This document shows positions 11,059 through 21,357 of a DNA stretch of 64,000 nt, in pieces. Where the stretch lies: contig CAWFQB010000004.1 in NCBI GenBank assembly GCA_963817895.1, forward strand, positions 935,908 to 999,907. Direction: 5' to 3'. The notes beneath the pieces were generated by a model, which was given only the letters and a program-made list of their open reading frames with translations, made no database searches and was not told the DNA's origin. The stretch's first letter is position 1; the number at the start of each line of letters is the position of its first letter. A program made the translations under genes and the position numbers. The stretch is from an uncultured Chthonomonadaceae bacterium (GTDB lineage: Bacteria; Armatimonadota; Chthonomonadetes; Chthonomonadales; Chthonomonadaceae).

Positions 11059-12260
11059 TTACGGCAGGACGGTTGTTTTGCTCTGGCCGGTGGCGGCATC
11101 GGCAACAACGAGGGCGCGTTTGCCGTTCTCATTGCGGATTGCCGCCAGATATTTGCCGTCGGGCGAGAAGGCGGGCGTATACGCGGGAAATGTGAAGCCT
11201 GTCTGCTGCGTGGCGGAAACGGGTACGGGAGTTGTTTGCGCGCTGTTTGCGCCCGTCCCCTTGCCGAGGAAGCGGACATTCTGACCCGTAATGTCGCTGA
11301 TCCAGAGGGCGGAACCGTTTGTTCCTGCCTGCGGGCCGCCCGTCGTCACAAAGGCGAACTGGCTCATATCGGGCGTAAACACAACGGAAGTCACCGCATC
11401 GGGATAGTTGCGGGGAGTGGGATTGACGGCCTTGACCACATCGGGAAACGGCAGTTTGCGAATGGTGCGCGTGTCTATCGTCATCTCGTATGGCGACAGC
11501 AAAATGTATCGCGTATTCGGACTGCGGCGTATCCAGCGTACCGTTGCGCCATCGGTGGATACCGCAAAGCCCAGCACATCGCCCGTGCTCGTCAGGCGAA
11601 CAAGTTCTCCCTGATCCAGAGGTACAAATCGTATTTGCCGTTATCGCCGCCCGCAACGATTACATTGGTCGTGTTGGCGATCCAGCCGAGCGGGTTGTAG
11701 GTGGCGGGAACGGAGTGAAACGGCAGGTCAATGGCGGGCAGGAAACTGCCGCCGTTGCGATAGCGAATCAGCGCCTGCAAACCGCCCGTTTCCGTTTTGT
11801 GAACACTGGCGAACAGAGACGAATCGCGTGACCAGGCAACGGGCGCAAGCGTGTTGTCGTTCAGCGATTTACGCTGCTGCTTAACGGTGTCATAGAATGT
11901 GAGGGTTTGCCCGTCGGCAAGGTAGGAGATGGTTCTGCTGTCTGGCGACCAGACGGGCGCGAAAGCCGCGCTCGTATTGGGCAAGCGCGGCAACAGGGAC
12001 AGCGGCGGAAGTCAGCGTCGCGGTTGGCGACTGGGCTTTTATTTTTGTTGCAGGTGTGGCAGAGCGCAGACGCTCCGGCAGCAGTCGCGTCCGCCAGCAG
12101 CAGAGACGCGCCCGGAATTGCGATTTGCCTGCCATCCGGCGACCAAACCTGCGCCTGTACCCGCATCGCCGGAAACAGGCAAACTATTGCCGCGAAACTC
12201 AGACGCAATCCGTATGCGCGGCATATGCGACGTGGCCGTACAAGACACTATCTGAAATAC
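11059..12260 (-). CDS. Secreted TolB-like (PD40) beta-propeller protein (frameshifted; start approximate)
   Basis: Repeated WSPDG/WSPDS/WSRDS/FTPD/FSPDGK motifs across ORFs 11861-12208, 11592-11993 and 11059-11577; hydrophobic N-terminus ending VQAQ. Confidence 0.65.
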
Positions 12261-12297
12261 CTGTCTCGACATAGTTTCTCCAACCTTCTCCCATGAC

Positions 12298-12329
12298 ATT
12301 CGCGTTTATTCGCGTTCATTCGCGGCTAA
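12298..12329. repeat. ATTCGCG(T/G) 10-mer repeat element
   Basis: ATTCGCGTTTATTCGCGTTCATTCGCGGCTAA, with near-identical copies at 56292-56323 and inverted at 30571-30602. Confidence 0.8.
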
Positions 12330-12354
12330 TCGTATCCTGAAAGCCGAAAGATAG

Positions 12355-12391
12355 AAAAAGCCTCCACACCTTTGACAGACGTGGAGGCTTT
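12355..12391 (-). terminator. Terminator downstream of rplY
   Basis: Stem AAAGCCTCCAC/GTGGAGGCTTT next to an A-run (U-tract on the minus strand). Confidence 0.65.
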
Positions 12392-12408
12392 GCAATCGTT
12401 CCCGCGTG

Positions 12409-13075
12409 TTAGTCGGCGGCAGGCGCGGTTGAACTCGTTGGGCAGGGCGGGACTGGCCTGCGGGCCATCTGTCGAGGCGCTCGGGCCGTCAACGCTGGTG
12501 GGAGCGGGAGCCTCATCCTCCACATGGTGAACCGTCAGCGAGGCGATTACGGTATCCGGCGATGTGATGATTGTGTATTTGTCGCTGTGCGGCAGGTCGG
12601 ACACGCGCAGAGTATCGGTTCCTATCATGTTGGATATGTCAACCGTGATATGGTCGGGCAGGTCGCCGGGCTGGCAGTGGATTTCCAACTGCTCGATAGA
12701 GTGCTGTAGCAGGGCGGTTTGCAGCCGGACGGGTTCCGGGGTGCCGTGAAAGACGAGCGGAATATGGACTTTGACGGTATCGCCCGTTTGAATGCTTTGA
12801 AATGTTACCTGAATCAGGCGTTTGGTAAGAGGGTCGCGCTGAATATCGTGTATCATCGCCTGATGGCTGGGGCCGCCCTCGACGAGCAGTTCGAGCATGG
12901 CGGCTTCGCCATGCGCGCGAATAAAATCGTCGAGCGGCTTGGTCGGCGTTTCCAGATGTAGCGTTCCCTGTCCCCGATGCTGAATAGAGACGGGAATACG
13001 CCCTTCGCGGCGCATCTGCTTGACCTCGCCTTTGGTCATCGCCTGTACGGGCTGAACGGTAAATTGCTGCGGCAT
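12409..13075 (-). CDS. rplY: 50S ribosomal protein L25 / general stress protein Ctc
   Basis: KQMRREGRIP, IHDIQRDPL, VKVHIPLVFHG and LPDHITVDISNM; GGAGG RBS. The ORF track runs to 12326, but the terminator position suggests the real stop is TAA at 12409-12411 after an indel. Confidence 0.88.
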
Positions 13076-13159
13076 GAATTTGCCTCCTTGTGAGTTGTAA
13101 TGTTGCTGTGTACGCTGTATCTACGAACGGGAAGCGGATTCGTCAGCAAGCGCTCAGGC

Positions 13160-13472
13160 GTTACAGGGCAGAATGAAGTTACACGCCATTTAATCCCACC
13201 TGCCCCTCGACGTTAAATTCCACACCTGAGAACAAACCCACGCGCTTCCCTGTTTTGCGCCATACTTCCAGCAGAATCGGCATGATAATGATCTCGGAAC
13301 GGGCTTTCTCCGTAGATATTATCAGCGCGAGAGGAACCACTTCCTCAAGCTCGGAACGCAGCGCGTCACTGACAGGCGCGGCGGGCAGATGCGAATACAG
13401 GTCGCGCGTCTGATCTACCGTCAGGCTGAATTGACTTGCCGCGCCGCTCAATGTAAATTCGTTATAAGCCAT
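13160..13472 (-). pseudogene. Truncated PD-(D/E)xK / HsdR-N-like hypothetical protein
   Basis: MAYNEFTL...LALIISTEKARSEIIIMPILLE...LFSGVEFNV..GLNGV then shifted CNFIL. From recall the family is about twice this length, and no C-terminal half fits before rplY. Confidence 0.6.
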
Positions 13473-13536
13473 AATATTTTCCTGATTTTGTGGGTGCGTT
13501 AACGGCTTGGTTTCTCACTCCTGCCAATCATGGGTA

Positions 13537-13875
13537 TCATAAGCCCGCTAATTTGCGCAATTCCTCCTGCACGGCTAGAAGGTCGGCAACATCAAGCGTT
13601 CCAGGTTGCCGAATGAAACGTGTTCGATCCAGCGCCCGCGTTTAGAATACGAGCGCAATGGAAGGAACAGTCAAGCCGTTTTGCGCGGAAGGAGCAATTT
13701 GAACGGTTGCCGGATAGCGCAGGGCGGACAATTGCGAAGTCAGCAGGACAATCAGAACCAGCGGAGAGTTCTGCCCGTAGGTGTCATCCTGCAAAACAAT
13801 GGCAGGGCGTGTGCCGGCTTGTTCCCGCCCGGAGGAAGGCGGTACAGATACCATCCAAACCTCACCGCGCAGCAT
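13537..13875 (-). pseudogene. PemK/MazF family toxin with an in-frame premature stop at 13642-13644
   Basis: MLRGEVWMV..GREQAGTRPAIVLQ...NGLTVPSIALVF-TAA-TRALDRTRF...LRKLAGL*. The frame continues to a full 112-codon toxin. Confidence 0.8.
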
Positions 13876-14089
13876 TGTCACCACCTTCTAACAACAGTTC
13901 GACCATCAGAAAATCTTCATCGGAGACTAGTTCAAAAGCGTCGAATTCTGCTTGCAGTTCGGCGGAAATCGGCGGAAAGTACACACGCAGGGCGTTCAGC
14001 AACAGGCTATCTTTGGACTGGCCGGAACGCTGCGCCATTTCTTCGGCGGCTTCGGCAATGTCATTCGGCACGGTTAATGTGTAACTCAT
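13862..14089 (-). CDS. Putative antitoxin (RHH/CopG-like) overlapping the toxin start
   Basis: 75 aa, MSYTLTVPNDIAEAAEEMAQRSGQ, acidic tail, overlaps the MazF-like gene. Confidence 0.7.
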   Translation of the reverse strand: MSYTLTVPNDIAEAAEEMAQRSGQSKDSLLLNALRVYFPPISAELQAEFDAFELVSDEDFLMVELLLEGGDNAAR

Positions 14090-14105
14090 GGTAAAGATGT
14101 TCCTT

Positions 14106-17100
14106 TCACTGTTCGTTTTGATTATATTCTACCCGCACACAGTTCCGCTTCCCAGACACTTTTGGAGGTACTGGCCCGTGTGGCTGCCCTTCACTTGCGC
14201 CACCTGCTCCGGCGTTCCCTCCGCCACCAGTCTGCCGCCGCCGTCGCCGCCTTCCGGCCCCATGTCCAATCAGCCAGTCCGCGGTTTTGATCACGTCCAG
14301 GTTGTGTTCGATGACGAGCACGCTGTTGCCCGCCGTCACCAGACGGTTGAGGACGCCGATCAGTTTCTCCACGTCCGCGAAGTGCAGGCCCGTCGTCGGC
14401 TCGTCCAGAATGTAGATCGTGCGCCCCGTCGGACGCTTCGCCAGTTCCGCGGCCAGCTTCACCCGCTGCGCTTCGCCGCCCGAAAGCGTGGTGGCGGGCT
14501 GTCCCAGCCGGATGTAGTCCAGTCCGACATCATGGAGGGTGCGGAACTTGCGGGCGATGTTGGGCAGCGCCTCGAAGAACTCGACGGCTTCGCTGACCGT
14601 CATGTCCAGCACGTCGGCGATGTTCTTGCCCTTGAACTTCACTTCCAGCGTTTCGCGGTTGTAGCGTTTGCCCTTGCACACTTCGCACGGCACGTACACA
14701 TCCGGCAGAAACTGCATCTCGATCTTCAAGATGCCGTCGCCCTTGCACGACTTCGCACCGCCCGCCCTTCACGTTGAAGGAGAACCGGCCCGGCTCATAG
14801 CCCCGTACCCGCGCGTCCTGCGTTTTGCTGAACAGGACGCGGATCAGATCGAACATGCCGGTATACGTGGCCGGGATTGGAGCGCGGCGTCCGGCCAATC
14901 GGCGACTGGTCAATGTCAATGATCTTGTCCAGATGCTCCAGCCCGCGTATCTCCTCGTGCGCGCCCCAGACCGCGTGCGTTTTGTTGATGCGGTTTTGCA
15001 GGAGGGGGAACAGCGTCTCCTGAATCAGCGTGGATTTGCCCGAACCCGATACGCCCGTCACGGCGACGAACAGGCCGAGCGGAATCTTCACGTCCACGTT
15101 TTTCAGGTTGTGCTGCTTCGCGCCGATCAGTTCCAGAAACTTGTCGCCCGGTGCGCGGCGCACTGCGGCACTTCGATTTTGCGCCTGCCGCTCAGAAACT
15201 GCCCGGTGATGCTGTTCGGGTTCGCCTTCACCTGCGGCAACGGTTCCCTGCGCCACCACATGCCCGCCATGCTCGCCCGCGCCCGGCCCGATGTCGATCA
15301 GCCAGTCCGCCGCTTCCATCGTCTCCTCGTCATGCTCGACGACCAGAACCGTGTTGCCCAGTTCGCGCAGATGTTCCAGCGTCCGGATCAGTTTCGTGTT
15401 GTCGCGCTGATGCAGGCCGATGCTCGGCTCATCCAGAATATACAGCACGCCCATCAGCCCCGAACCGATCTGCGTCGCCAGCCGGATACGCTGCGCTTCG
15501 CCGCCCGCCAGGGTTCGCGCCGAACGATCCAGCGTCAGATAGTTCAGGCCGACGTTGAGCAGAAAGCCCACGCGCGTCCGTATTTCCTTCACGATCTGCC
15601 GCGCGATCATCATTTCGCGCTCGGTCAGTGTCAGGTCGTTGAAGAACGCGCCGATTTTTTCCAGCGACAGGGCGCACAGATCGGAAATGTTGGTTTTGCC
15701 GACAAGGACGGCGAGCGCTTCCGGTTTCAGTCGCTTGCCTTTGCAGACGGGGCAGGGGCGTTCGCTCTGATACTGCGCCAAATCCTCCTTGACATAATCG
15801 CTGGTGGACTCCTTGAACGAGCGTTCCATGATCTCGAGCACGCCCGCGTACTCCGTATCGAAATGGCGCGTCCGGCCCCACTTGTTGCGGAACTCGACGG
15901 TGACGTTGCCCTTGATGCCGTTCATCAGCGCTTCGAACTGCGCTTTGCGTCAAATCTTTGATGGGCGTGTCAATGGTGAAGCCCAGCTTCTTGGCCACCG
16001 CCCGAAACATGGCCGTCCGGTGATCCGCCATGATCTCCTTGCCGGATTTGTACACGAAATAGCGAACTGCGCCCTGCGCGATGCTCAAACTCTTGTCGGG
16101 AATAATCGAGCGCAGGGTCGAACTCGGTTTTGGTTCCCAGTCCGTGACAATCGGGACACGCGCCATACGGCGAGTTGAACGAAAACAGGCGCGGCTCGAT
16201 CTCATCGTAGTTGAAGTCGCTGTCCTCCGACGCGTAGTTTTCCGTGAAGTGCAGTTCCTGCGCGGGATGGTCGCCCAGCGCGTGCACGTCCACGGTCGCC
16301 ACGCCTTTCGCCCGCTTCAGCGCCTGTTCCAGCGCGTCCGTGATGCGCGTGCGGCTGATGTCCTCCTTCATCACCAGGCGGTCAATGACGATCTCGATGG
16401 TGTGCTGCTTGTAGCGTTCCAGGTCGGGAATCTCTTCGCTCAGATCCACCATTTCGCCATCCACGCGGGCGCGCACATAGCCCTCCTTGAGAATGTCCTC
16501 CATCTCCTTGCGGTACTCGCCCTTGCGTCCGCGAATCACGGGCGAGAGAATCAGGAAGCGCGTTCCGACCGGCAGCTCCAGAATGCGATCTACCATGCTT
16601 TCGATGTTCTGCTTGGTCAGCGGCAGGCCGGTTTTAGGGTCGTGCGGAACGCCCACGCGGGCATACAGCAGGCGCAGGTAGTCGTAGATTTCGGTGACGG
16701 TTCCCACCGTCGAGCGCGGGTTTTTGCTGGTGCTTTTCTGGTCAATGGTGACGGCGGGGGAAAGGCCGTCAATCTGATCCACATCGGGCTTGTCGTGCAG
16801 GCCGAGAAACTGGCGGGCATACGAGGAGAGGCTTTCCACATAGCGGCGCTGCCCTTCGGCGTACAGCGTATCGAAGGCCAGCGACGATTTGCCCGACCCG
16901 CTCAGGCCGGTAATGACCACCAGCTTGTCGCGGGGAATATCAAGGCTGATGTTCTTGAGGTTGTTCTGCCGCGCCCCACGAATCCGGATCACGCCATGAC
17001 ACGGCGCATCGTCGGGATCGTTCAGGCGTTCTGTTGCGGCCTGTAATACGCGCTCCTCCTGAACTTCCGCTTCCGACATGGCGTTGGTGGCTGGTGGCTG

Positions 17101-17208
17101 GTGGTTGATGTTTGGTTGCGCGTGTCCGTTTGTTCCGCCGTTTTCCGCGCCCGCTTTGGTTTTGCGCCCACTTTTCGGCAATGGTGTCGCTGTTTTTGCT
17201 GGTGTCAT
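14106..17208 (-). CDS. uvrA: Excinuclease ABC subunit A (several frameshifts)
   Basis: [74 protein letters not shown] and [12 protein letters not shown]. Start is uncertain (17208 or 17079). Confidence 0.95.
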
Positions 17209-17330
17209 GGTTCCCGTCCCTCGTCTGCTAAATCGTACCCTCATTGTACCATGACGCGGCAAAAAGGTTTATATCCGTCTGTTAGAATGAATAAAAAACG
17301 GCGTTGTAGTAGGCATTTATAAGTGGAGAT

Positions 17331-18260
17331 TTAATAGAGGCTGTCGCTTTGCTGTTGCTTCTCCAGTTGCTTGAGATGGCGCAACAGTTCGGAGTGCTGC
17401 GTTTCCACTTTGATGTGCAGGGCGCGAATCTCTTTTTCGGCGATGATATTGGCCTCGTACTCGGTTTTGCTCAGGGCGCGTTCCTGCACGGCGGTTCGGT
17501 GCTGGCTGTTGAGGACAAAGTTGCCGATGACGATCTGCAAAATCGCCAACAGCAGGCCAAGCCATTCGAGGCTGCCCTGAATTTTCTGCCAGCGCGTAAA
17601 GGCCGTCCATGCGAACAGAAACAGGCCGAACACGATCAGGAAGCCGCCGCTGCCAAGAAACTCCGTCAGTTGCGCCATTCGCTTGTTTTGCGTGGTCAAT
17701 TCTTCATCGGCAACCTCGTTAGCGTTGCGGATGGTGGCGTAGCGCAGTTGCTCCCCGGAACGGCTCAGACGTTGCGCCATGCCCTCCATCAGCATGCGCG
17801 CGACATGGGGATGGCGCTGCACAACAGCGTCCAATTCTTCGCTATGCAGTTCCAGCAGGACTGTCGATTCAGTCGCCTGCGCGGAAGCGGTGCGCTTGCC
17901 GCTGTGCAGCATAGCCACTTCCCCGAAGAAACAGCCCTCGCCTGCCTCTTCCAGCGTGAGTTCTTCCCCGATGGGCGTGACATGAAAGAAGCGGACGTTG
18001 CCGGAAACAATGAAATATAGCGTATCGCCGGGGTCGCCGAAATTGAAAATAGATTGGCCTGCCTCGTAGCGGATACTGGGCAGTACGCTATGCAGGGCGC
18101 GAAGGTCGTCCGCATGGAGGCGTGGCGTGGCGCGGTGAGGTTGATCCTGAACGGTTCGCAACTCCTGCGCTTTTTCCGTTTGTGGGTGAAGTGAGTTTAG
18201 GTTGAAGGGGGACATCTTCTGGCGAGACATCCTTTCTGTGGCTGCCCACGCAGGGGACAT
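17331..18260 (-). CDS. Cyclic nucleotide-binding domain protein with DUF1003-like membrane domain
   Basis: IFNFGDPGDTLYFIVSG, FFGEVAML and RTASAQA; C-terminal two transmembrane helices and SQHR..YEAN..AEKEI. Start probably later than 18260. Confidence 0.8.
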   Translation of the reverse strand: MSPAWAATERMSRQKMSPFNLNSLHPQTEKAQELRTVQDQPHRATPRLHADDLRALHSVLPSIRYEAGQSIFNFGDPGDTLYFIVSGNVRFFHVTPIGEELTLEEAGEGCFFGEVAMLHSGKRTASAQATESTVLLELHSEELDAVVQRHPHVARMLMEGMAQRLSRSGEQLRYATIRNANEVADEELTTQNKRMAQLTEFLGSGGFLIVFGLFLFAWTAFTRWQKIQGSLEWLGLLLAILQIVIGNFVLNSQHRTAVQERALSKTEYEANIIAEKEIRALHIKVETQHSELLRHLKQLEKQQQSDSLY

Positions 18261-18292
18261 CCAAACGGTTGAGTTGCGGCAGGTCTGCGCGT

Positions 18293-19633
18293 TCAGGGAG
18301 TTGAGGGCAGGACTGCGACATTCGCCCTTACGCGCAGGTAGGTCTTTGCCACGCGCGCAATATCCTCCCGCGTAACCTGCGCAAGTTTACGGGGAAACTC
18401 GGTATCATACGCAATTCCCCGTCCCAACGTTTCGTACCATCCAAGCAGAAAGGCGCGGTCACGAGCGCGTTCATGGCGCAGCGCGTCCTGTCCTATAGCG
18501 ACATTGCGGGCGCGTTTCAATTCCGCTTCCTCGGGCGGACTGGCAAGAAGCGCGTCCAGTTCTCCGTTCAGCAGTTTACCCGCCGTGCCGGGAGGAGTGT
18601 TGTCGGAAGCGGGTTGCGAAATGCGCCGGGGGTTCCATTGCAGGTAGGTAATCAGCGCAGACGAGCGCTCTGCACGGGATAAATCGCGCCCACTTCATAC
18701 CCAAGCCCCAGCGTTTCCCGCGCCTGCCGGAACAAACGAGAAGCGTGTCCGCCGCCCAAAATCGCTTGTAACACGGTAAAGGCCGGATAGTCCGGGCTGC
18801 CTGCGGAGGGCGCGGGAGTGGCGACAAACGCATACGCCACGCCGCCGGCAGCAGGCAGGGACTGGCTTGCCGTTTGCGCGGGAAGGGAGCAGGGGCGTAT
18901 CCGCCACACGCGGGGCAAAGGCCGTCGGACGGTTATAATCAGCCAGAAAAGCGTTCAGCAGGCCGTATACGCGGACAGCATCGAAACGCCCCGCGATGGA
19001 AATCACGGTTTGCGCAGGAACGTACTGACGCAAAAAGTACGTCCGCGCCTGCGCCTGCGTGACCCGGCTTAACTGGTCTTCTCCCGGTTCCGTTTCGCCC
19101 AAGAGTTCGTTGACAGCGGTATAGCCTCGCCCAAAGGCGGTTTCGTGGCTGGTTTGACGCTCTTCGTGGATGGTTTGCAGGGCGCGATGCAGGCTTTCCG
19201 GCGCAAAGGCCGCATATTTCAGGCAGTCGCACACCAGATGAAGCGCTTCGGGTAATTGCGCTGGAACGGTAACATAGTTGATGGCAACCAGTTCTCGTGT
19301 TCGCAGCACGTCCAGACTTCCGCCCACTTCGCCGACAAGCGCCTGTATGCTGTTTTGCGTTCGCGTGGCGTTGCCATAAAACAGGGTTCGCGCCACCATT
19401 TCACCCACTGCGGCGTCATTCGGACTTGCATCCGGCCGAACGCCCACAAATAGCGAAACCGCCGTTCGATCCAGTTGCGGTTCGGGTTTCAGAATCAGCC
19501 GGACGCCGTTTGGCAACACAACTAATTGCGGTTGAGTAGTGGGAAGCGTATCCGCCTGAGCCTGACTTGCAATGCCGATAGCAAGCAGCCACAGCGTCAG
19601 CAACAGCGACAGAACTTTACGAATAGCGGTCAT
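18293..19633 (-). CDS. M16 (insulinase) family peptidase, non-catalytic subunit (frameshifted)
   Basis: Signal peptide, LPNGVRLI, LGGGHASRLF..RETLGLGY and VTREDIARVAKTYL; no HxxEH. Confidence 0.8.
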
Positions 19634-21082
19634 TTGTGGCGTTCCAGTATTTGCTGTGGAGTGGCAGGTAACAGATGTATGGCAAGACCGGGCTGCGCAA
19701 GCAGATACTGGCGCAGGAACTCCTGAACTTCGCGGCCCGTCGTCGCCTGCAATCGCGTTAGCAATGCTTCCGGTGGTTCGCCGCCAACCATTGCAGCGTA
19801 ACCGACCGCGTATGCGAGTCCGGCGTTGGTTTCCGTATCCGCCTGCATCCGTCCCAAAATGCGCCCCCGCGCAGTTTGCAGTTCGGCAGGCGTAGGCGGG
19901 TGGACGCTAAAATTCGTAATCAGCGCGCGCAGTCGGGCTATGCGGGGCGTGTTGGGGCGCGGTTCCATTTCCTGCGCCGTGAGCAGCCACAAACTGCCGT
20001 CAAGCCGGGGCGTATAGTGGGCGGCGGTGTGGACGTTCGGGATGTTGTCCGTATACAGCCGTCCATATTCCCGCGAGTCGCCCATGATTTCAGCCACAAT
20101 CTCCGCCGCCGCCGCCATGCTGTAATCATGGGCGGGCGGGCCGGGAAAAGCCAGCCCGGTCGTGTCCCTTGAAAATGCGCCGGCTTCCTCTGCCTCAATA
20201 TCAGGGATATTGAGAACGGCAGCAGGGGCGGTCTTTCCGGCAGCCATTCTCCCCGCCTGCCCGGAAGATAACGACGAAAGAGGAGAAGGCGCGGTAAGGA
20301 GGGAAATCCTTCTGTGTATTGGCAGGAGCGCGCCAGTCGCCAAATGCCTGCCGCGCCAGTTGGCTGGCCTGTTCGCTCGTAATGTCGCCGACAAGGACGA
20401 GGACGCAGTGGTCGGGGCGGTACGCGCGGGCGTAAAACCGCGCAAGGGCGTCGCGGGTTCGCCGCCGTATGGCCTCGGACGAGCCGCCGGGGGAGCGTCC
20501 ATAAGGCAGCGCGTGAAACGCATATTGATAAAGCAAGTCAATCAGGTGAGCGGTCGGGTTGCTGTCGTGGGCGGCAAGTTCGTCCAGTATCACGCCGCGT
20601 TCGCGCTCGATTTCCACATCCGGCAGGGCAGCGTTACGGGCCACATCCGCAAGCACAGCCAATGCTTCCTGAACATGCGCGGCGGCTACGGTGGTATAAA
20701 AATGCGCGTAATCGGGGCCGGTGGCAGCGGTCAGGGTTGCGCCGAGATTCTCAATATCTATGTCCGCCTGACCGGAGGGGCGGGTTGTTGTGCCTTTGAA
20801 CAGGACGTGTTCCAGAAAGTGGGCGCAGCCGTCTTCGGCGTCCGTCTCTTCGCGCGCCCCTGCCCGTACCCACAGGTCAATGGCGACTAAGGGGCTGACA
20901 TGGCGTTCCCGCGTCAGAACGCGCATTCCGTTAGCAAGGATAAAAGCGGGCGGCGCGCTCCCCGTTCGGGCAGTTTGCGCGGAGGCTGACACGCGGCAAC
21001 TACCCAAACAGCCGAGTAACGCCATGAGAACTATGGCGCGATAGAAGGACTGCGTTCTTGTTGCAGGCGCAACGATATTCAT
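19630..21082 (-). CDS. M16 family zinc peptidase, catalytic subunit (frameshift near 20220)
   Basis: LANGMRV, GCAHFLEHVLFKGT (HxxEH), EIERERGVILDE, YRPD; its stop overlaps the partner's start. Confidence 0.88.
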
Positions 21083-21357
21083 TTCGTTGCCCGGCACGAA
21101 CACTTTGTTAAAGATACAATTAGAAGTTTTCACACCGGTAGAGTTCACGCTGCTATGCTGTGAATCCTGCCGCGTCTCAGAATCACGTAGCTATCGCAAC
21201 TATTCTCTGCGGAACGAAAAGAAAACAGGGCGGTATACTGCTTATACTGCTAAAGTATAGAGAAACAGGAAGCGCGTACAGGCGTCTAACAACGAGGAAC
21301 CTGAGAACGCATCCAGAACGGAAACGATTCCGCCCTTCTATCGGAGAGAACCCAATT

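Noticed and set aside
12040..12065. CHTCNK as a heme c binding site in the TolB-like protein
   Set aside because: It is CxxCN rather than CxxCH, and it lies in a frameshift-uncertain region.
14106..17208. uvrA and other split genes as pseudogenes or programmed frameshifts
   Set aside because: Indels are scattered window-wide with no consistent slippery sites; sequencing error is the simpler explanation.
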